Source: a virus
Reading direction: 5' to 3' (one strand)
Virus record (IMG/VR): IMGVR_UViG_3300001530_000094
DNA length: 64,000 bases
The notes beneath the pieces are model-generated. The model had not been told where the DNA came from and made no database searches. It saw only the letters and a program-made list of their open reading frames with translations. Each line of letters opens with the position of its first letter. The stretch's first letter is position 1. Position numbers and translations under genes: made by a program. Positions 26,495 through 36,439 of the stretch are shown here, in pieces.

Positions 26495-27458
26495 TTGAAT
26501 AACATAGAAATTTATAAGCGGATTTCAAAACATAGCAGATAGAACTTTTCAAGAGTTCAGAAGAAAAATATATGATTATTTAAAATATACTTTGTCAACT
26601 GTTATGACTGAAGACGACTTAGATGTAGTTGTAAAGCTGATAACTGAGATTTTCGGTGATTTATACATGAGAACAGGATTAATGCCTTGGCAAATAGATA
26701 CAGCCAAGTGTCCAGAATCTCAACTAGAAGCTCTTAGTTATTTGATAGGGTATGATTGGAATCCTAATTTAACCGCAGACCAACAAAGAATGGGAATAGA
26801 CTTATATTGTTTAATTAGAAGAAATAGAGGTACTATTTTTGGACTAGAGAATTTAATTAGAACTTTCGGACAAACAGTGAAAGAATTTTATTCTAGTTCA
26901 GATTTAAGAGGTGTAGAAGTAATAGAGTATGGTTCTGGCGGTCCAGAGACTTTAGAGCCTAATATGTTTCCTGGAGATATAATAGTTAGAGCTCCAGATT
27001 TCTCTAGTATACTTAGAGATAGTATTTTCGATACTAAATTAGCTGGCACAAGATTATTCTTTGAGTATTATATTTTCTTAGGAATATTTCATTTATCTAT
27101 TACTACAGATTTTGGATGGGTAATAAGAATAACACCTGACATGTTAATACAAGGTTATGACCCTACAATAGATGAATTTGCAGCGGGTTGGAATGTAACT
27201 TTAGGGCAATTACTGGAGCATCAACTAACTCATGGAATTAGAGGAAATATTGCTAATAGTGTAACTAAAGTTGGACATAATCAAAACTCATTGCATGGAG
27301 AACATCATGGAAATTTAGTAGCTGGAATACAAGTATTAACTTACTATAAAGCTCCGTGGGTAAATGGATTTATTCTAAATGTTCCAGGGCTTACTAATTA
27401 TAGAGGATTTGTACAACCTACAGAACATATTGAAACTGAAGAAATACTTTACAAATAA
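26495..27458 (+). CDS. P2 gpI-like baseplate/tail protein whose N-terminus is upstream of a CGG (+1 shift needed)
   Basis: The TTG at 26495 follows AGGTG. MNNIEIYK runs into CGG 26519-26521, and the +1 frame (26520 onward) runs into track ORF 26592 (G-FQNIADRTF...). LSYLIGYDWNPNLTADQQRMGIDLYCLIRRNRGTIFGLENLIRTFG resembles the P2 tail protein I family. Confidence 0.55.
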
Positions 27459-27485
27459 ATTACTAGTATAAATTTTAAAAAACTA

Positions 27486-27514
27486 TTTACAAACTTAAAA
27501 TAATATGATATAAT
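27486..27514 (+). promoter_or_regulatory. Host sigma-A-type promoter P2
   Basis: TTTACA (27486-27491), 17-nt spacer, TGaTATAAT (27506-27514). Confidence 0.65.
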
Positions 27515-27553
27515 TATAATAAGAACGAGGTTATTTTAAAGGAGGTGAAAAAC

Positions 27554-27745
27554 ATGGATGATAAAATTAGAGAATATATTTCAAATGAAATAATAAACAT
27601 AATGAACACATATAAAGATACAGACGTATCTTGGTCACACCTTTTAGAATTAATACATGAAGTAGTTACTGATTATGAAAATGCAACATCTCCTACAGTA
27701 CCATCAGACATTAAATCATTTTTAAATAATTGGACTACAGACTAA
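27554..27745 (+). CDS. Hypothetical protein
   Basis: The ATG at 27554 is 8 nt after AAGGAGG and is in frame with the track GTG start at 27545. Confidence 0.4.
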   Translation: MDDKIREYISNEIINIMNTYKDTDVSWSHLLELIHEVVTDYENATSPTVPSDIKSFLNNWTTD

Positions 27746-27768
27746 TAATAGAATTTTAAAAATTTTTT

Positions 27769-27796
27769 AAAAGAGTAGAGTAAAATCTACTCTTTT
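27769..27796 (+). terminator. Hairpin terminator
   Basis: AAAAGAGTAG / CTACTCTTTT 10-bp stem (27769-27778 / 27787-27796). Confidence 0.55.
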
Positions 27797-27841
27797 ACAT
27801 AGTATAAATATAGAAATTTTATAGAAAGAAGGTAGAAATTT

Positions 27842-28387
27842 ATGGAAGAAAATTTAGATGTAAAACTTACAGGTTTTAATGGAGAAGAAGTATCTAAAGA
27901 GGAGTTTGTAGACCAGGTAGTAAATGCTATAAAAGAAGATATGGCTCCATCAGATAGAGAAACTCTAGAAGCAATTCCTTTAGTGGAAATAGACAATACA
28001 GAACAAGATATTACTGATACTTTATTAGAGAAATATACTGAGTTAGACTTAGAAATATCTAAAGTAGTTTTAGAACAAGAACAATATAGAAAAGAACATA
28101 AAGAAGTCTTTGATAAAATGAAAGAGTATGAAGACAAGATTGCAAAAATAGAGCAACAACAAGAAGCTGTTAAAGGTGACTTAAAGACTAAAATGAGAGA
28201 ATTGAATAAGAAAGAAATAATAGGCATAAGATTTACAGCAAAATACACAGCTCCATATACTAGAAAGAAATTTGATACAGACCAATTTTATAAAGATTAT
28301 GCAGAAGATACAGCTATGTATAAGAAATATGTAAGTACTACTAATGTATCTGAAAGTATTAAAATTTCTGAGACTAAGAAGAAATAG
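27842..28387 (+). CDS. Hypothetical coiled-coil protein
   Basis: Long ORF, acidic N-terminus, central heptad-like region. Confidence 0.4.
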   Translation: MEENLDVKLTGFNGEEVSKEEFVDQVVNAIKEDMAPSDRETLEAIPLVEIDNTEQDITDTLLEKYTELDLEISKVVLEQEQYRKEHKEVFDKMKEYEDKIAKIEQQQEAVKGDLKTKMRELNKKEIIGIRFTAKYTAPYTRKKFDTDQFYKDYAEDTAMYKKYVSTTNVSESIKISETKKK

Positions 28388-28396
28388 GAGGATTTT

Positions 28397-28786
28397 ATGA
28401 AGAAGATAGTTACAGATAATACTACAATTTTTGTAAATCATATTAAATTTATACGAATTATGGAAGCTGGAGTAAGTCAAACTAAAGAGAAAAGATATAC
28501 AGTAACAGCAGTTTTAGAAGATTGTACTGATATAGATATTGATAATATAAATTGCATAATATTAAATTATGATGAAAACGGAGAGTTACAGAAAACTAGA
28601 GAAGAAGCTCAATTATTTAAAGATTTTTTAGAAAGAAAACTAGATAATCAATGGGAGACTATATTTACTTTAGATGTATTAAAAGAAGTAAATGACTATA
28701 TAAACTATAGTAAACAAGAGCATAAATCTACGATGGTAGATATTAGTAAATTAAAATTAAATGAAAAAGGAGAAGTTGTACGATGA
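28397..28786 (+). CDS. Hypothetical protein
   Basis: AGGAGG upstream. No motif recognised. Confidence 0.4.
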   Translation: MKKIVTDNTTIFVNHIKFIRIMEAGVSQTKEKRYTVTAVLEDCTDIDIDNINCIILNYDENGELQKTREEAQLFKDFLERKLDNQWETIFTLDVLKEVNDYINYSKQEHKSTMVDISKLKLNEKGEVVR

Positions 28787-30156
28787 AGATTTTATCAGAA
28801 AGAGACCCTTTAGAAGTATTTTCAGAAGCTTCTAAAATATTAAACAATGCAGTAGAGCATACTTTAGGTCCGGATGGAACTAATACTGCAGTTCACTTTC
28901 AAAATTTTTACAACATAATAAACGATGGAAAATCTATAGTAGAGCAATTAACATCTTTAGACCCAGAAATAGCTCCTGCTATGGAAACTTTAAAGCAATC
29001 AGCTTTTGAAACTAATAGAAAAGCAGGAGATGGAACTACAAGTACTATAATTATAATGAACCAACTAATACAAGGAGCTAAAAAATACTTAGAAGAAAAT
29101 CCTAAGAAAAGTCAAGTACAAGTAGCTAAAAGAATTTTAGATGTAGAAAAAAGATTACAAGATTTAATTCTAAAGCAAAAAATAGAGATAGATAATAAAT
29201 TATATGAGAAAGTCGCTAAAGTGTCTCTAGGGTCATCCTCATATTCACAGATGCTATCAGAAGCTTTTACTTTTTTGAATGGAGAAGGAGTTCCAGCTTT
29301 AGTTAAATCAGACATACCCGGAGTAGAATTAGAAAAGATAGATGGAGTAAATCTAACTAAAACTAGTGTGGTAAGCTCAATGTTTATAGATTTATTACCT
29401 AGTAAAGAACTTAAAGATGTTCAAGTTATTACTTTATTTCAAGTAATAGATAGATTTGAAGAAATGTTTCAACTAGTAAAATTGTTAAATCAAAATAAAG
29501 AAAAATATACAGTCTTATTATATAATGAAATAAGTTCTTCAGCTTTAGAAAATTTATTGTTTAATCTTTCACAAGATAAAAGTAAGATAGTTCCTATATG
29601 TATGAAAGACTATGGAAAAGACATGAATAATATGTTAGATGAAATAGCTAAATATACTGAAACAGAGATTATAGATGGAGGAAGCTTAAAAACTACAGAT
29701 ATTTCTAAGATAAAAATAGGAAAAGTAGATAAGGCTATACTTTCTCAAAATTCTTTAGTTTTAATCAAAGATGAAGTTCCAGAGTTTGAGTATAAACTTA
29801 TTTCTAGAAAAGCTTGTTTGATTAGAGCAGGAGGAGCTACTAAAATAGACATGGAAGACACTTATAGAAGACTAGAAGATGCTATTTATTCTCTTGCAGG
29901 AGCTATTAAAAACGGAGCATTTTTTGGTGGCTATGGTGTACCTTATAGAAGCTTAGCAGATGATGTAGATGATGTAGATGTTCCTAAGTTTATAGTAGAC
30001 TCTCTAAAGTACATAAATCTTAGTATTTTTGATGAAAATGCAGACTCAGATGCAGTAGACTCTGCTTTAGTAATTTCAGAGGTAATTCGTAATTCTTTCT
30101 TTACTGCAGCACAAGTAATTACTACAAATGCACTAATCTATGACAATATAAGATAA
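28783..30156 (+). CDS. GroEL/Cpn60-family chaperonin (short, 457 aa)
   Basis: TLGPDGTNTAV and AGDGTTSTIIIMNQLI match the GroEL equatorial-domain motifs (LGPKGRNVV, AGDGTTTATVLA). GGATKIDMED is near the C-terminus. Confidence 0.75.
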   Translation: MKILSERDPLEVFSEASKILNNAVEHTLGPDGTNTAVHFQNFYNIINDGKSIVEQLTSLDPEIAPAMETLKQSAFETNRKAGDGTTSTIIIMNQLIQGAKKYLEENPKKSQVQVAKRILDVEKRLQDLILKQKIEIDNKLYEKVAKVSLGSSSYSQMLSEAFTFLNGEGVPALVKSDIPGVELEKIDGVNLTKTSVVSSMFIDLLPSKELKDVQVITLFQVIDRFEEMFQLVKLLNQNKEKYTVLLYNEISSSALENLLFNLSQDKSKIVPICMKDYGKDMNNMLDEIAKYTETEIIDGGSLKTTDISKIKIGKVDKAILSQNSLVLIKDEVPEFEYKLISRKACLIRAGGATKIDMEDTYRRLEDAIYSLAGAIKNGAFFGGYGVPYRSLADDVDDVDVPKFIVDSLKYINLSIFDENADSDAVDSALVISEVIRNSFFTAAQVITTNALIYDNIR

Positions 30157-30174
30157 AAATATAAAAGTTAACTG

Positions 30175-30204
30175 AGACTAACCTTAAAAGGTTAGTCTTT
30201 TTTC
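30175..30204 (+). terminator. Rho-independent terminator after the chaperonin gene
   Basis: AGACTAACC / GGTTAGTCT 9-bp stem followed by TTTTTT. Confidence 0.8.
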
Positions 30205-30318
30205 ATGTCTCTAATCCTAGTTTAAATAATTAGTTTACACTTTTATCTCAAAAAAATTTTTCATTTAGAGTCTTTTAACTTTGAATTAGTTTTTGAAAAG
30301 ATTATGGAAAATTGACTA

Positions 30319-30347
30319 TTTACAAATTCAAAATTTTGTGATATTAA
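30319..30347 (+). promoter_or_regulatory. Host sigma-A-type promoter P3
   Basis: TTTACA (30319-30324), 17-nt spacer, TGaTATTAA (30339-30347). Confidence 0.6.
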
Positions 30348-30472
30348 TAGGTTAGAAAGGAGGAAAGAGAGTATAAAATCTATATGAAACGGACTGGAGA
30401 GAAAGCTAACTTAAAGTAAATTTAACTCTCATACTTGAAGCAGCTTTAAAGAGAAATTTTGGAGGGATTATT

Positions 30473-31360
30473 ATGAAAAAGAAGGTTATTAATACCGCTT
30501 ATGACAAGTGGTTAAAAAATTTAGTTGGAGAAAGAGAGTTATTTGAAGAACTAACAGATGAAGAAGTTTATAAGATAATTTTAAAAGTATCAGAAATTAG
30601 TTTTATTCGTAATTCAGTTATAGATAATTTTTATACCTATGAAGATATAGCTAATGAAATTTTTAAAAGCTATTTAATCAGAGATTGGGAGAAAGATTTG
30701 AAAAACTTCTCTGATGTTAAAACTGAAGAATTTCCATTTTATGATGAAAAAACAGGTAAATATTTTAGTTCTTGGAGACCTAGAACAGAGAAAAAAGGTT
30801 TTGAAAGAATGAAAGCTAGAAAGATGACTATAGAGCACTTTAGTAATCTTATCTACAATGAAGTAAAGAATTATGTTGCTGGTTATATGAGAAATAAGAA
30901 GTTTAAAGAGATGGTGAGAGAAGCAATTTCTTTAGATTTAGACTCAGGGAGTGTTGATGAAGGTATTGCATTCATAGAAACAGTAGAAGATTCAAGACAA
31001 ACTTTTAATAGCAATAATGTTATAAGTGAAAATACTTTAGAGAATACTTCTAAAAACTTAGAAGATATAAACTTAGAGTATAATTATAGTATAGAAATAG
31101 ATAGAGAAGTTAAAGTACTATCTTATGGAAATTTGTTAGAGTTGTATAAATATTTAGACTCTGGAAAAAGAGTAACATCAAAAGAAGTTTTAGAACATAT
31201 TATATATAAAGGAAGCAAAGTTATTTCTGCAGAAAATAAAAGATTTGTAGAAGAATTTATTGCTAACTTTAGAAAATATCTATTAGAAAACAAGATAGTT
31301 TCAGTTACAAAATACATAAATAATAGAGGAAAGGAGAAAAATAGTTATGCTTTTGAATAA
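30473..31360 (+). CDS. Hypothetical protein
   Basis: GGAGGG upstream. No motif recognised. Confidence 0.4.
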   Translation: MKKKVINTAYDKWLKNLVGERELFEELTDEEVYKIILKVSEISFIRNSVIDNFYTYEDIANEIFKSYLIRDWEKDLKNFSDVKTEEFPFYDEKTGKYFSSWRPRTEKKGFERMKARKMTIEHFSNLIYNEVKNYVAGYMRNKKFKEMVREAISLDLDSGSVDEGIAFIETVEDSRQTFNSNNVISENTLENTSKNLEDINLEYNYSIEIDREVKVLSYGNLLELYKYLDSGKRVTSKEVLEHIIYKGSKVISAENKRFVEEFIANFRKYLLENKIVSVTKYINNRGKEKNSYAFE

Positions 31361-31664
31361 TTATATTAAGGTAAAAGAATTAACAGATAATATGATGGTT
31401 GATGATATGTTAGAGAAGTATGATGATACTTCTCCATACATGTTTTGTAGAATTTTAGACATAGATGCTAAAGCTTTAGAAAAATTGTCTAATGAAACAG
31501 ATATACATGGTAACAAACTTGAAATTCATAAACTTTTCAATGAATCTGTCTTAGTAGTTAAAAGAGTTACTAAGATTAGAGGATTTAAGGGATTATACAT
31601 TCAAGTGTCAGACATTATAGAAATAATTCCTAAAGATGAATATCAAAAATATGTTTACAAATAA
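31347..31664 (+). CDS. Hypothetical protein
   Basis: AAGGAG upstream. No motif recognised. Confidence 0.4.
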   Translation: MLLNNYIKVKELTDNMMVDDMLEKYDDTSPYMFCRILDIDAKALEKLSNETDIHGNKLEIHKLFNESVLVVKRVTKIRGFKGLYIQVSDIIEIIPKDEYQKYVYK

Positions 31665-31697
31665 AGCATAATATATTATATAAGGAGGTGAGAAGAG

Positions 31698-32315
31698 ATG
31701 GGAGAAGTTGTAGATTTTCAAAAGGCTAAAGAAGAAATAACAGAAAATAAAACTAATGAGAATGTAAATACTCTAAAACAACAAATAGCAGATAACATGA
31801 TGCTTCAAAAGTGTATAAAAGTAATTTCTAATATTCCACTTTATGATGTAGACCCTGAAACTAATGAAGTAGTAGATAAAGATTATGATTATCCTGCATT
31901 GTTAGAAGAGTATAAGGCAAATGTTTTAGCTAATAAAGAAAAGTTTGAATCTTTGGGTAAACCGTCAGAAGCACAGACTAGTTTTTATTATCAACTATTT
32001 CAGATGGGATATAGAACTTTTGGAGCTAAATTCTTTAAACAGATGTGTATGAATGAAGTAAACTGTGTTCAAATGTTTATTGGTATATGGAGTATTATAG
32101 CTGGATTAGAGGAGATGTCTAACGCAACTGTAGATATGGATAATGAGCTTAGAGCTTATAAATCTATTAAATTGACTGATGAGCAAAAAGAAAAATTAGC
32201 TGAAGAATTAAAGAAAACACCTGAAGAATATATGCAAGAAATGATGCAAACTGTAGAAGAACTAGAAAAAAGTCCAGAAGCAGAACAAGCTTCTGAAGAT
32301 AAAGTAGAAGAATAA
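31698..32315 (+). CDS. Hypothetical protein
   Basis: AAGGAGGTG upstream, acidic C-terminus. Confidence 0.4.
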   Translation: MGEVVDFQKAKEEITENKTNENVNTLKQQIADNMMLQKCIKVISNIPLYDVDPETNEVVDKDYDYPALLEEYKANVLANKEKFESLGKPSEAQTSFYYQLFQMGYRTFGAKFFKQMCMNEVNCVQMFIGIWSIIAGLEEMSNATVDMDNELRAYKSIKLTDEQKEKLAEELKKTPEEYMQEMMQTVEELEKSPEAEQASEDKVEE

Positions 32316-32384
32316 ACATATTATTTATTAAGAAAGCCGATAGCATAGCGATAGGCAAATTTAAAATTTTAGGAGGAATTTAAA

Positions 32385-33488
32385 ATGGGAGAAAATGATT
32401 TAGATTTAGAACAACAATTAGCAACATTAGGAGTAAGCTTAGGAGGAATTACTTCATCTAAAGATGAAATACCTGTACCTAAAACTACAGTAGCTACTCC
32501 ATACACACCAGAAAATCCAACAAATGCAGGAGTAGTAACTAATAGTATAGTACAACCTGCACAAACAGTGCAACAAACAGTTCAACAACAAGTAAATGAA
32601 CAAGCACAGGCTCAAGTAGTTCAACAAACTACGACAAATCCTCAAGCAGGAGTATCATATACTACAGTTCAACAAACAGTTAGTAAGCCAGTAGCAAAGC
32701 CTCAACTTCAGCCTCAACAAGATGAAGAATTAGTATTTATAGATTTAGCTCATGCAGTAAATACTCAAAAAACACCTTGGCTAAGATTAAAAGATAATGA
32801 ATACTCAAGAGTTTTATTTTTAGGACTAGATAAAATACTACCTCAAAAAATGCACTATATTAAAGGTCTAGGCTGGTGTAAATGTCTTTCTACTTATAAT
32901 GAAGATGGTTGGTTAGAAACACCTGCTCAATGTTGTAAGAAACTAGTAAATACACCTACTGGTCCAATGTTGTTCCCTAGATTAGATGAAGAAGGAAACG
33001 AATTAAAGGCTAAAAGTAGATTTTTAATACCAGTTATAGAATACCCAGTAGATAAATCTAATGCTAATAAAATAGTTCCCGGACAATTACCTAAGTTGAA
33101 AATGTGGAATATGAATGCTGTAGAATGGGGAGAATTAAGAGAAGGTGTTCAAGCAATTTCTGAAAATCCTGATGATTTATCTACTGCAGATTTATCAAAT
33201 GTAGATTTTATATTACATAAAGATACTACAGGTAGATTTAAAACTATTAGTGTAAAAGTAACACCTAAGTGTTTAAGAGAAAATTATAAAGATGCTATAA
33301 ATGCAGAAATAGCAAAAGCTGATAGAGATTTTTATATAACAGCTGTAAAGGAAGCAAGAAAAGTAGTTTCAGAGGAAACTATGGCTCAAACTTTAGATTC
33401 TTTAGAGGCTGCTACAGAAGCAGTGAATAATGCAGTAAATCAAGTTATAGAGAATAACACAATGGGAAATCAAATGTTAGATATTTAA
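32385..33488 (+). CDS. Hypothetical protein with a Gln/Thr/Val-rich N-terminal region and a Cys cluster
   Basis: QTVQQTVQQQVNEQAQAQVVQQ low-complexity segment followed by WCKC...CCKK. Confidence 0.4.
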   Translation: MGENDLDLEQQLATLGVSLGGITSSKDEIPVPKTTVATPYTPENPTNAGVVTNSIVQPAQTVQQTVQQQVNEQAQAQVVQQTTTNPQAGVSYTTVQQTVSKPVAKPQLQPQQDEELVFIDLAHAVNTQKTPWLRLKDNEYSRVLFLGLDKILPQKMHYIKGLGWCKCLSTYNEDGWLETPAQCCKKLVNTPTGPMLFPRLDEEGNELKAKSRFLIPVIEYPVDKSNANKIVPGQLPKLKMWNMNAVEWGELREGVQAISENPDDLSTADLSNVDFILHKDTTGRFKTISVKVTPKCLRENYKDAINAEIAKADRDFYITAVKEARKVVSEETMAQTLDSLEAATEAVNNAVNQVIENNTMGNQMLDI

Positions 33489-33508
33489 GAGAGGAACTTC
33501 TTCCTCTC
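33489..33508 (+). terminator. Hairpin (weak terminator)
   Basis: GAGAGGAA / TTCCTCTC stem with a CTTC loop and a poor T tract. Confidence 0.4.
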
Positions 33509-33541
33509 TAATTTTATAAAAAGGGGAGGTAAATAAAATAG

Positions 33542-34081
33542 ATGGATGTAAAAGTACTTTTATGGATAACAGTTGTAATATTATTAATTGCAATTTTTAT
33601 TTCAGAGAAATTACAGAGAGCTCAAAAGAAGAGACTTGATGCACTTAATAAATTAGTAAGAGATAAAGAGCTAGAAATAGAAAGAAATAAAGCTGATATC
33701 TGGAAAAGAAATCAAGAGATACAAAGTTTGAAGAATAAAGTTGCAGATATTAAGAAAAATGAGAATTTTGCACTTGATATGTTTTCTTCAGATAAAGAAG
33801 ACTTAGAAAAAATTCTAAGAACAATAGAAAGAGATTATTCTATAACTATAGCTTCTAAAAAGTACTTAATAAAATTACTAGCATTCTTTCTAATAACTAA
33901 TCATTCTATGTTATCTATTGAAGATTTAAAAACTAATAAAAAGACTTTAATAGATAATACTAAAACTCTTAGAAAATATATAATATATGGAAATACAGCC
34001 AGCAGTAATAAAGAAAGATTAGAAATAGGTAATGCACTTCTATCTCTAATACTTTATAATAAGAGGAGTAAGACTAAATGA
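33542..34081 (+). CDS. Membrane-anchored coiled-coil protein
   Basis: N-terminal TM helix LLWITVVILLIAIFI followed by a coiled coil. Confidence 0.4.
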   Translation: MDVKVLLWITVVILLIAIFISEKLQRAQKKRLDALNKLVRDKELEIERNKADIWKRNQEIQSLKNKVADIKKNENFALDMFSSDKEDLEKILRTIERDYSITIASKKYLIKLLAFFLITNHSMLSIEDLKTNKKTLIDNTKTLRKYIIYGNTASSNKERLEIGNALLSLILYNKRSKTK

Positions 34082-34435
34082 CAAATCAAGACATAGTAGA
34101 AATGTATTACTTAGCTTTATCTAGTAGGCAATGCTTAGATAAAAGATATAATCATAGCTTAGATAATTATGTAAATGATAGATGTATGAAATTTTGTAAA
34201 AAGCATAAAATAAACATTACTCATCGGAAGTGCATATAGAGAGCTTTGGCATAAATTCAATTATTATAAGATTAAAAATATAAGAGCTATAATAGAAAAT
34301 GGTGTAGATTTATATGGGCTAAGAGCAAATAAATGCATATCAGATAAAGAAATAGTAGATAGACTTATAAAAATTAAATCTCAAGAAAAATTATACATAA
34401 TGAATGGAAAGATAGGTAATTTTAATAAAAAGTAA
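34078..34435 (+). CDS. Hypothetical protein missed by the ORF track, interrupted at a CGG (+1 shift needed)
   Basis: The ATG at 34078 (ATGA overlap, AAGAGGAG SD) opens 49 codons up to ...KINITH, then CGG 34225-34227. The +1 frame 34226-34435 reads G-SAYRELWHKFNYYKIK...GNFNKK*. The zero frame stops 4 codons after the CGG. Confidence 0.5.
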
Positions 34436-34497
34436 ACATCAGAATTAATTCTAAGACATTTTTATAATTAACCAATATAATTTAATATACTAGCGCT
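34434..34497 (+). repeat. Conserved intergenic boundary element, copy B
   Basis: AAACATCAGAATTAATTCTAAGACATTTTTAT (34434-34465) followed by the palindrome CTAGCGCTAG. Confidence 0.6.
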
Positions 34498-34528
34498 AGT
34501 GTAGGTTCTAATTTTACCTACACTTTTT
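34498..34528 (+). terminator. Rho-independent terminator
   Basis: AGTGTAGGT / ACCTACACT 9-bp stem followed by TTTT. Confidence 0.75.
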
Positions 34529-34582
34529 AAATGATTATAATATATTATATTAAGAGAACTAAAAGAAAGGAGATACAGAGAT

Positions 34583-35644
34583 ATGTCATTACCTACAATT
34601 ACTTTTATGTATATAACAGCTGGGCAAGGGAACACTGGTACTTCTGGACAACAATTAGCAGATTATTGGACAGCTAACTTTGATTTAATAAAGAGGCTGT
34701 TAGTTTCTTTAGATGAAGATTTACAACATAAAGTATCTTCAGATGATATTATTTCATTGAAAGTAGAAGATAATGTTGCTTACTATACAACTGATGGTAC
34801 TAATTGGATTTCTTTAGGACCTTCTTTTGCTAACTTATCTGGAGCTGTAGAAGATAATGCAGCTTTAAATGAGAAGTTTTCAAAATATGTAACTATTGCA
34901 AATTATAATAATGCAGTTACTAGAATTTCTACTTTAGAGTCAAATGTTTCTATTATTACAACTACTTTAGAAGACTTGGAAGATACTGTAAATACTCTAA
35001 ATACTCAAATGAATGATAGTACTAATGGTGTATTGGTAAGATTAACTAACATGGAAAATAGTTTAGAGCATAAAATTTCTAGTACATCTGTAGCAGAAAT
35101 TAGACAGACCTCAAATACATACATAGTAGATGGACAAGAAGTTACTGAGTATTTCTTACAATATAGATTAAATGGTTCTTCTGAATGGGTAGATATAACT
35201 GGAGCTAATACAATAGAATGGTCTAACATTATCGGAGACATCACAGAAAATGCAGCTTTAATGAATCAATTTGACATGGTTAATGATGCTATAAGTGATA
35301 ACACTGATTCTATAAATGAAGTAAGTGGAAATTTAGCTATAGCTCAAGCAGATATAGAAGCATTACAAGCAGCTCTGAACAATTATGCAACTGTATCAGC
35401 ATTAAATTCTGCTATATCAGCTATACAGAATCAGATAGATGATATTGCTGGAGATGTTACTACTTTACAAACCAGTTTGGGTGAGTTACAAACTACAGTT
35501 TCAAATATGAATACTTCTTTTACTGATAGAATGGATGTAATAGAGAGTGAGATAAATGTAGTTTCTATTGAAGCGCAAGACTATGAAGCTATAACAACAC
35601 CAGAGACCAATACTATTTATATGGTTACTGATGTATATCAATAA
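34583..35644 (+). CDS. Fibre-like structural protein (trimeric coiled-coil type)
   Basis: Long heptad-like Asn/Thr/Ser-rich segments (TLESNVSIITTTLEDLEDTVNTLNTQMN, ALQAALNNYATVSALNSAISAIQNQIDDI). It sits at the start of the tail block after a late-promoter-like motif. Confidence 0.45.
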   Translation: MSLPTITFMYITAGQGNTGTSGQQLADYWTANFDLIKRLLVSLDEDLQHKVSSDDIISLKVEDNVAYYTTDGTNWISLGPSFANLSGAVEDNAALNEKFSKYVTIANYNNAVTRISTLESNVSIITTTLEDLEDTVNTLNTQMNDSTNGVLVRLTNMENSLEHKISSTSVAEIRQTSNTYIVDGQEVTEYFLQYRLNGSSEWVDITGANTIEWSNIIGDITENAALMNQFDMVNDAISDNTDSINEVSGNLAIAQADIEALQAALNNYATVSALNSAISAIQNQIDDIAGDVTTLQTSLGELQTTVSNMNTSFTDRMDVIESEINVVSIEAQDYEAITTPETNTIYMVTDVYQ

Positions 35645-35672
35645 TTAGAATAAATTTTGGAGGTAAAGTTAA

Positions 35673-35846
35673 ATGATAAATCAAATAGGAAGATTTAAAG
35701 CAGACTCTAGTGGAGTCATTCACATTACTAATAAAGAAGATGAAATAGAAATAATGAGTGAAATAGATAACATGTCTACCAAGATGTGGAAAGACTTACC
35801 TTTAGTAAATTTAGAATATAAAACTGATAAGAAAGGAGATAGATAG
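35673..35846 (+). CDS. Small hypothetical protein (57 aa, absent from the ORF track)
   Basis: The ATG follows TGGAGGT. The sequence reads MINQIGRFKADSSGVIHITNKEDE... Confidence 0.35.
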   Translation: MINQIGRFKADSSGVIHITNKEDEIEIMSEIDNMSTKMWKDLPLVNLEYKTDKKGDR

Positions 35847-35848
35847 AC

Positions 35849-36412
35849 ATGGCTTTAGGAAAAGTTACATTAGCAGCTAGACAAAGACAAATGCTTGAAT
35901 TTATGGATAACTCTAAAAACTATAGGTTTATAGGATTAGGTAAAAGAACACCTTGGCCAGTAGAGGAAGAACCACCAGAGCCAGATGAAACTATGACAGA
36001 CTTAGAAGAAATAATAGGACTTCAAAGAGTAGATTATTATAAATATGCTAAACTGATAAAGAATCCGACTACTTTACAAAAAAGAACTGGTGTTTATTAT
36101 AAAGGTCTTTATTATTCTGTAACTCAAGACTCAGAAGTAGCCATAAATGACGGATATACAGATGTAATAATAGGAATAACATTTGATAGAGATACTATAG
36201 CAGCTATTCCTATAGATGTATCTTTTAGACAAGTAGGTCTTTTTGATACTGTAAATGCTACTTCTAGTGAGATTCAATATGGTATTTCAGCAGATGCTTG
36301 GAACAATAAATCTACGGCAGATAAAGGAATGTTAGTAGCTGTAGAAAATAGAGCTCCAGTTACAAGACAAGATGACCAGACAGAGCAAGTAATAATGCTT
36401 GTATCGTTTTAA
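35849..36412 (+). CDS. Structural-module hypothetical protein
   Basis: AAGGAG upstream. No motif recognised. Confidence 0.4.
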   Translation: MALGKVTLAARQRQMLEFMDNSKNYRFIGLGKRTPWPVEEEPPEPDETMTDLEEIIGLQRVDYYKYAKLIKNPTTLQKRTGVYYKGLYYSVTQDSEVAINDGYTDVIIGITFDRDTIAAIPIDVSFRQVGLFDTVNATSSEIQYGISADAWNNKSTADKGMLVAVENRAPVTRQDDQTEQVIMLVSF

Positions 36413-36439
36413 ATAAAGTAGAAAAGAAAGGAGAAAAAC

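Noticed and set aside
30384-30419. The mini-ORF ATG AAA CGG ACT GGA GAG AAA GCT AAC TTA AAG TAA in the leader of gene 30473, with a zero-frame CGG at codon 3. I considered it as a possible leader peptide that senses CGG decoding.
   Set aside because: The only SD-like sequence (AAGGAGG, 30358-30363) is about 20 nt from the ATG, which is too far for efficient initiation. The idea is attractive given the CGG phenomenon, but the sequence alone does not support it.
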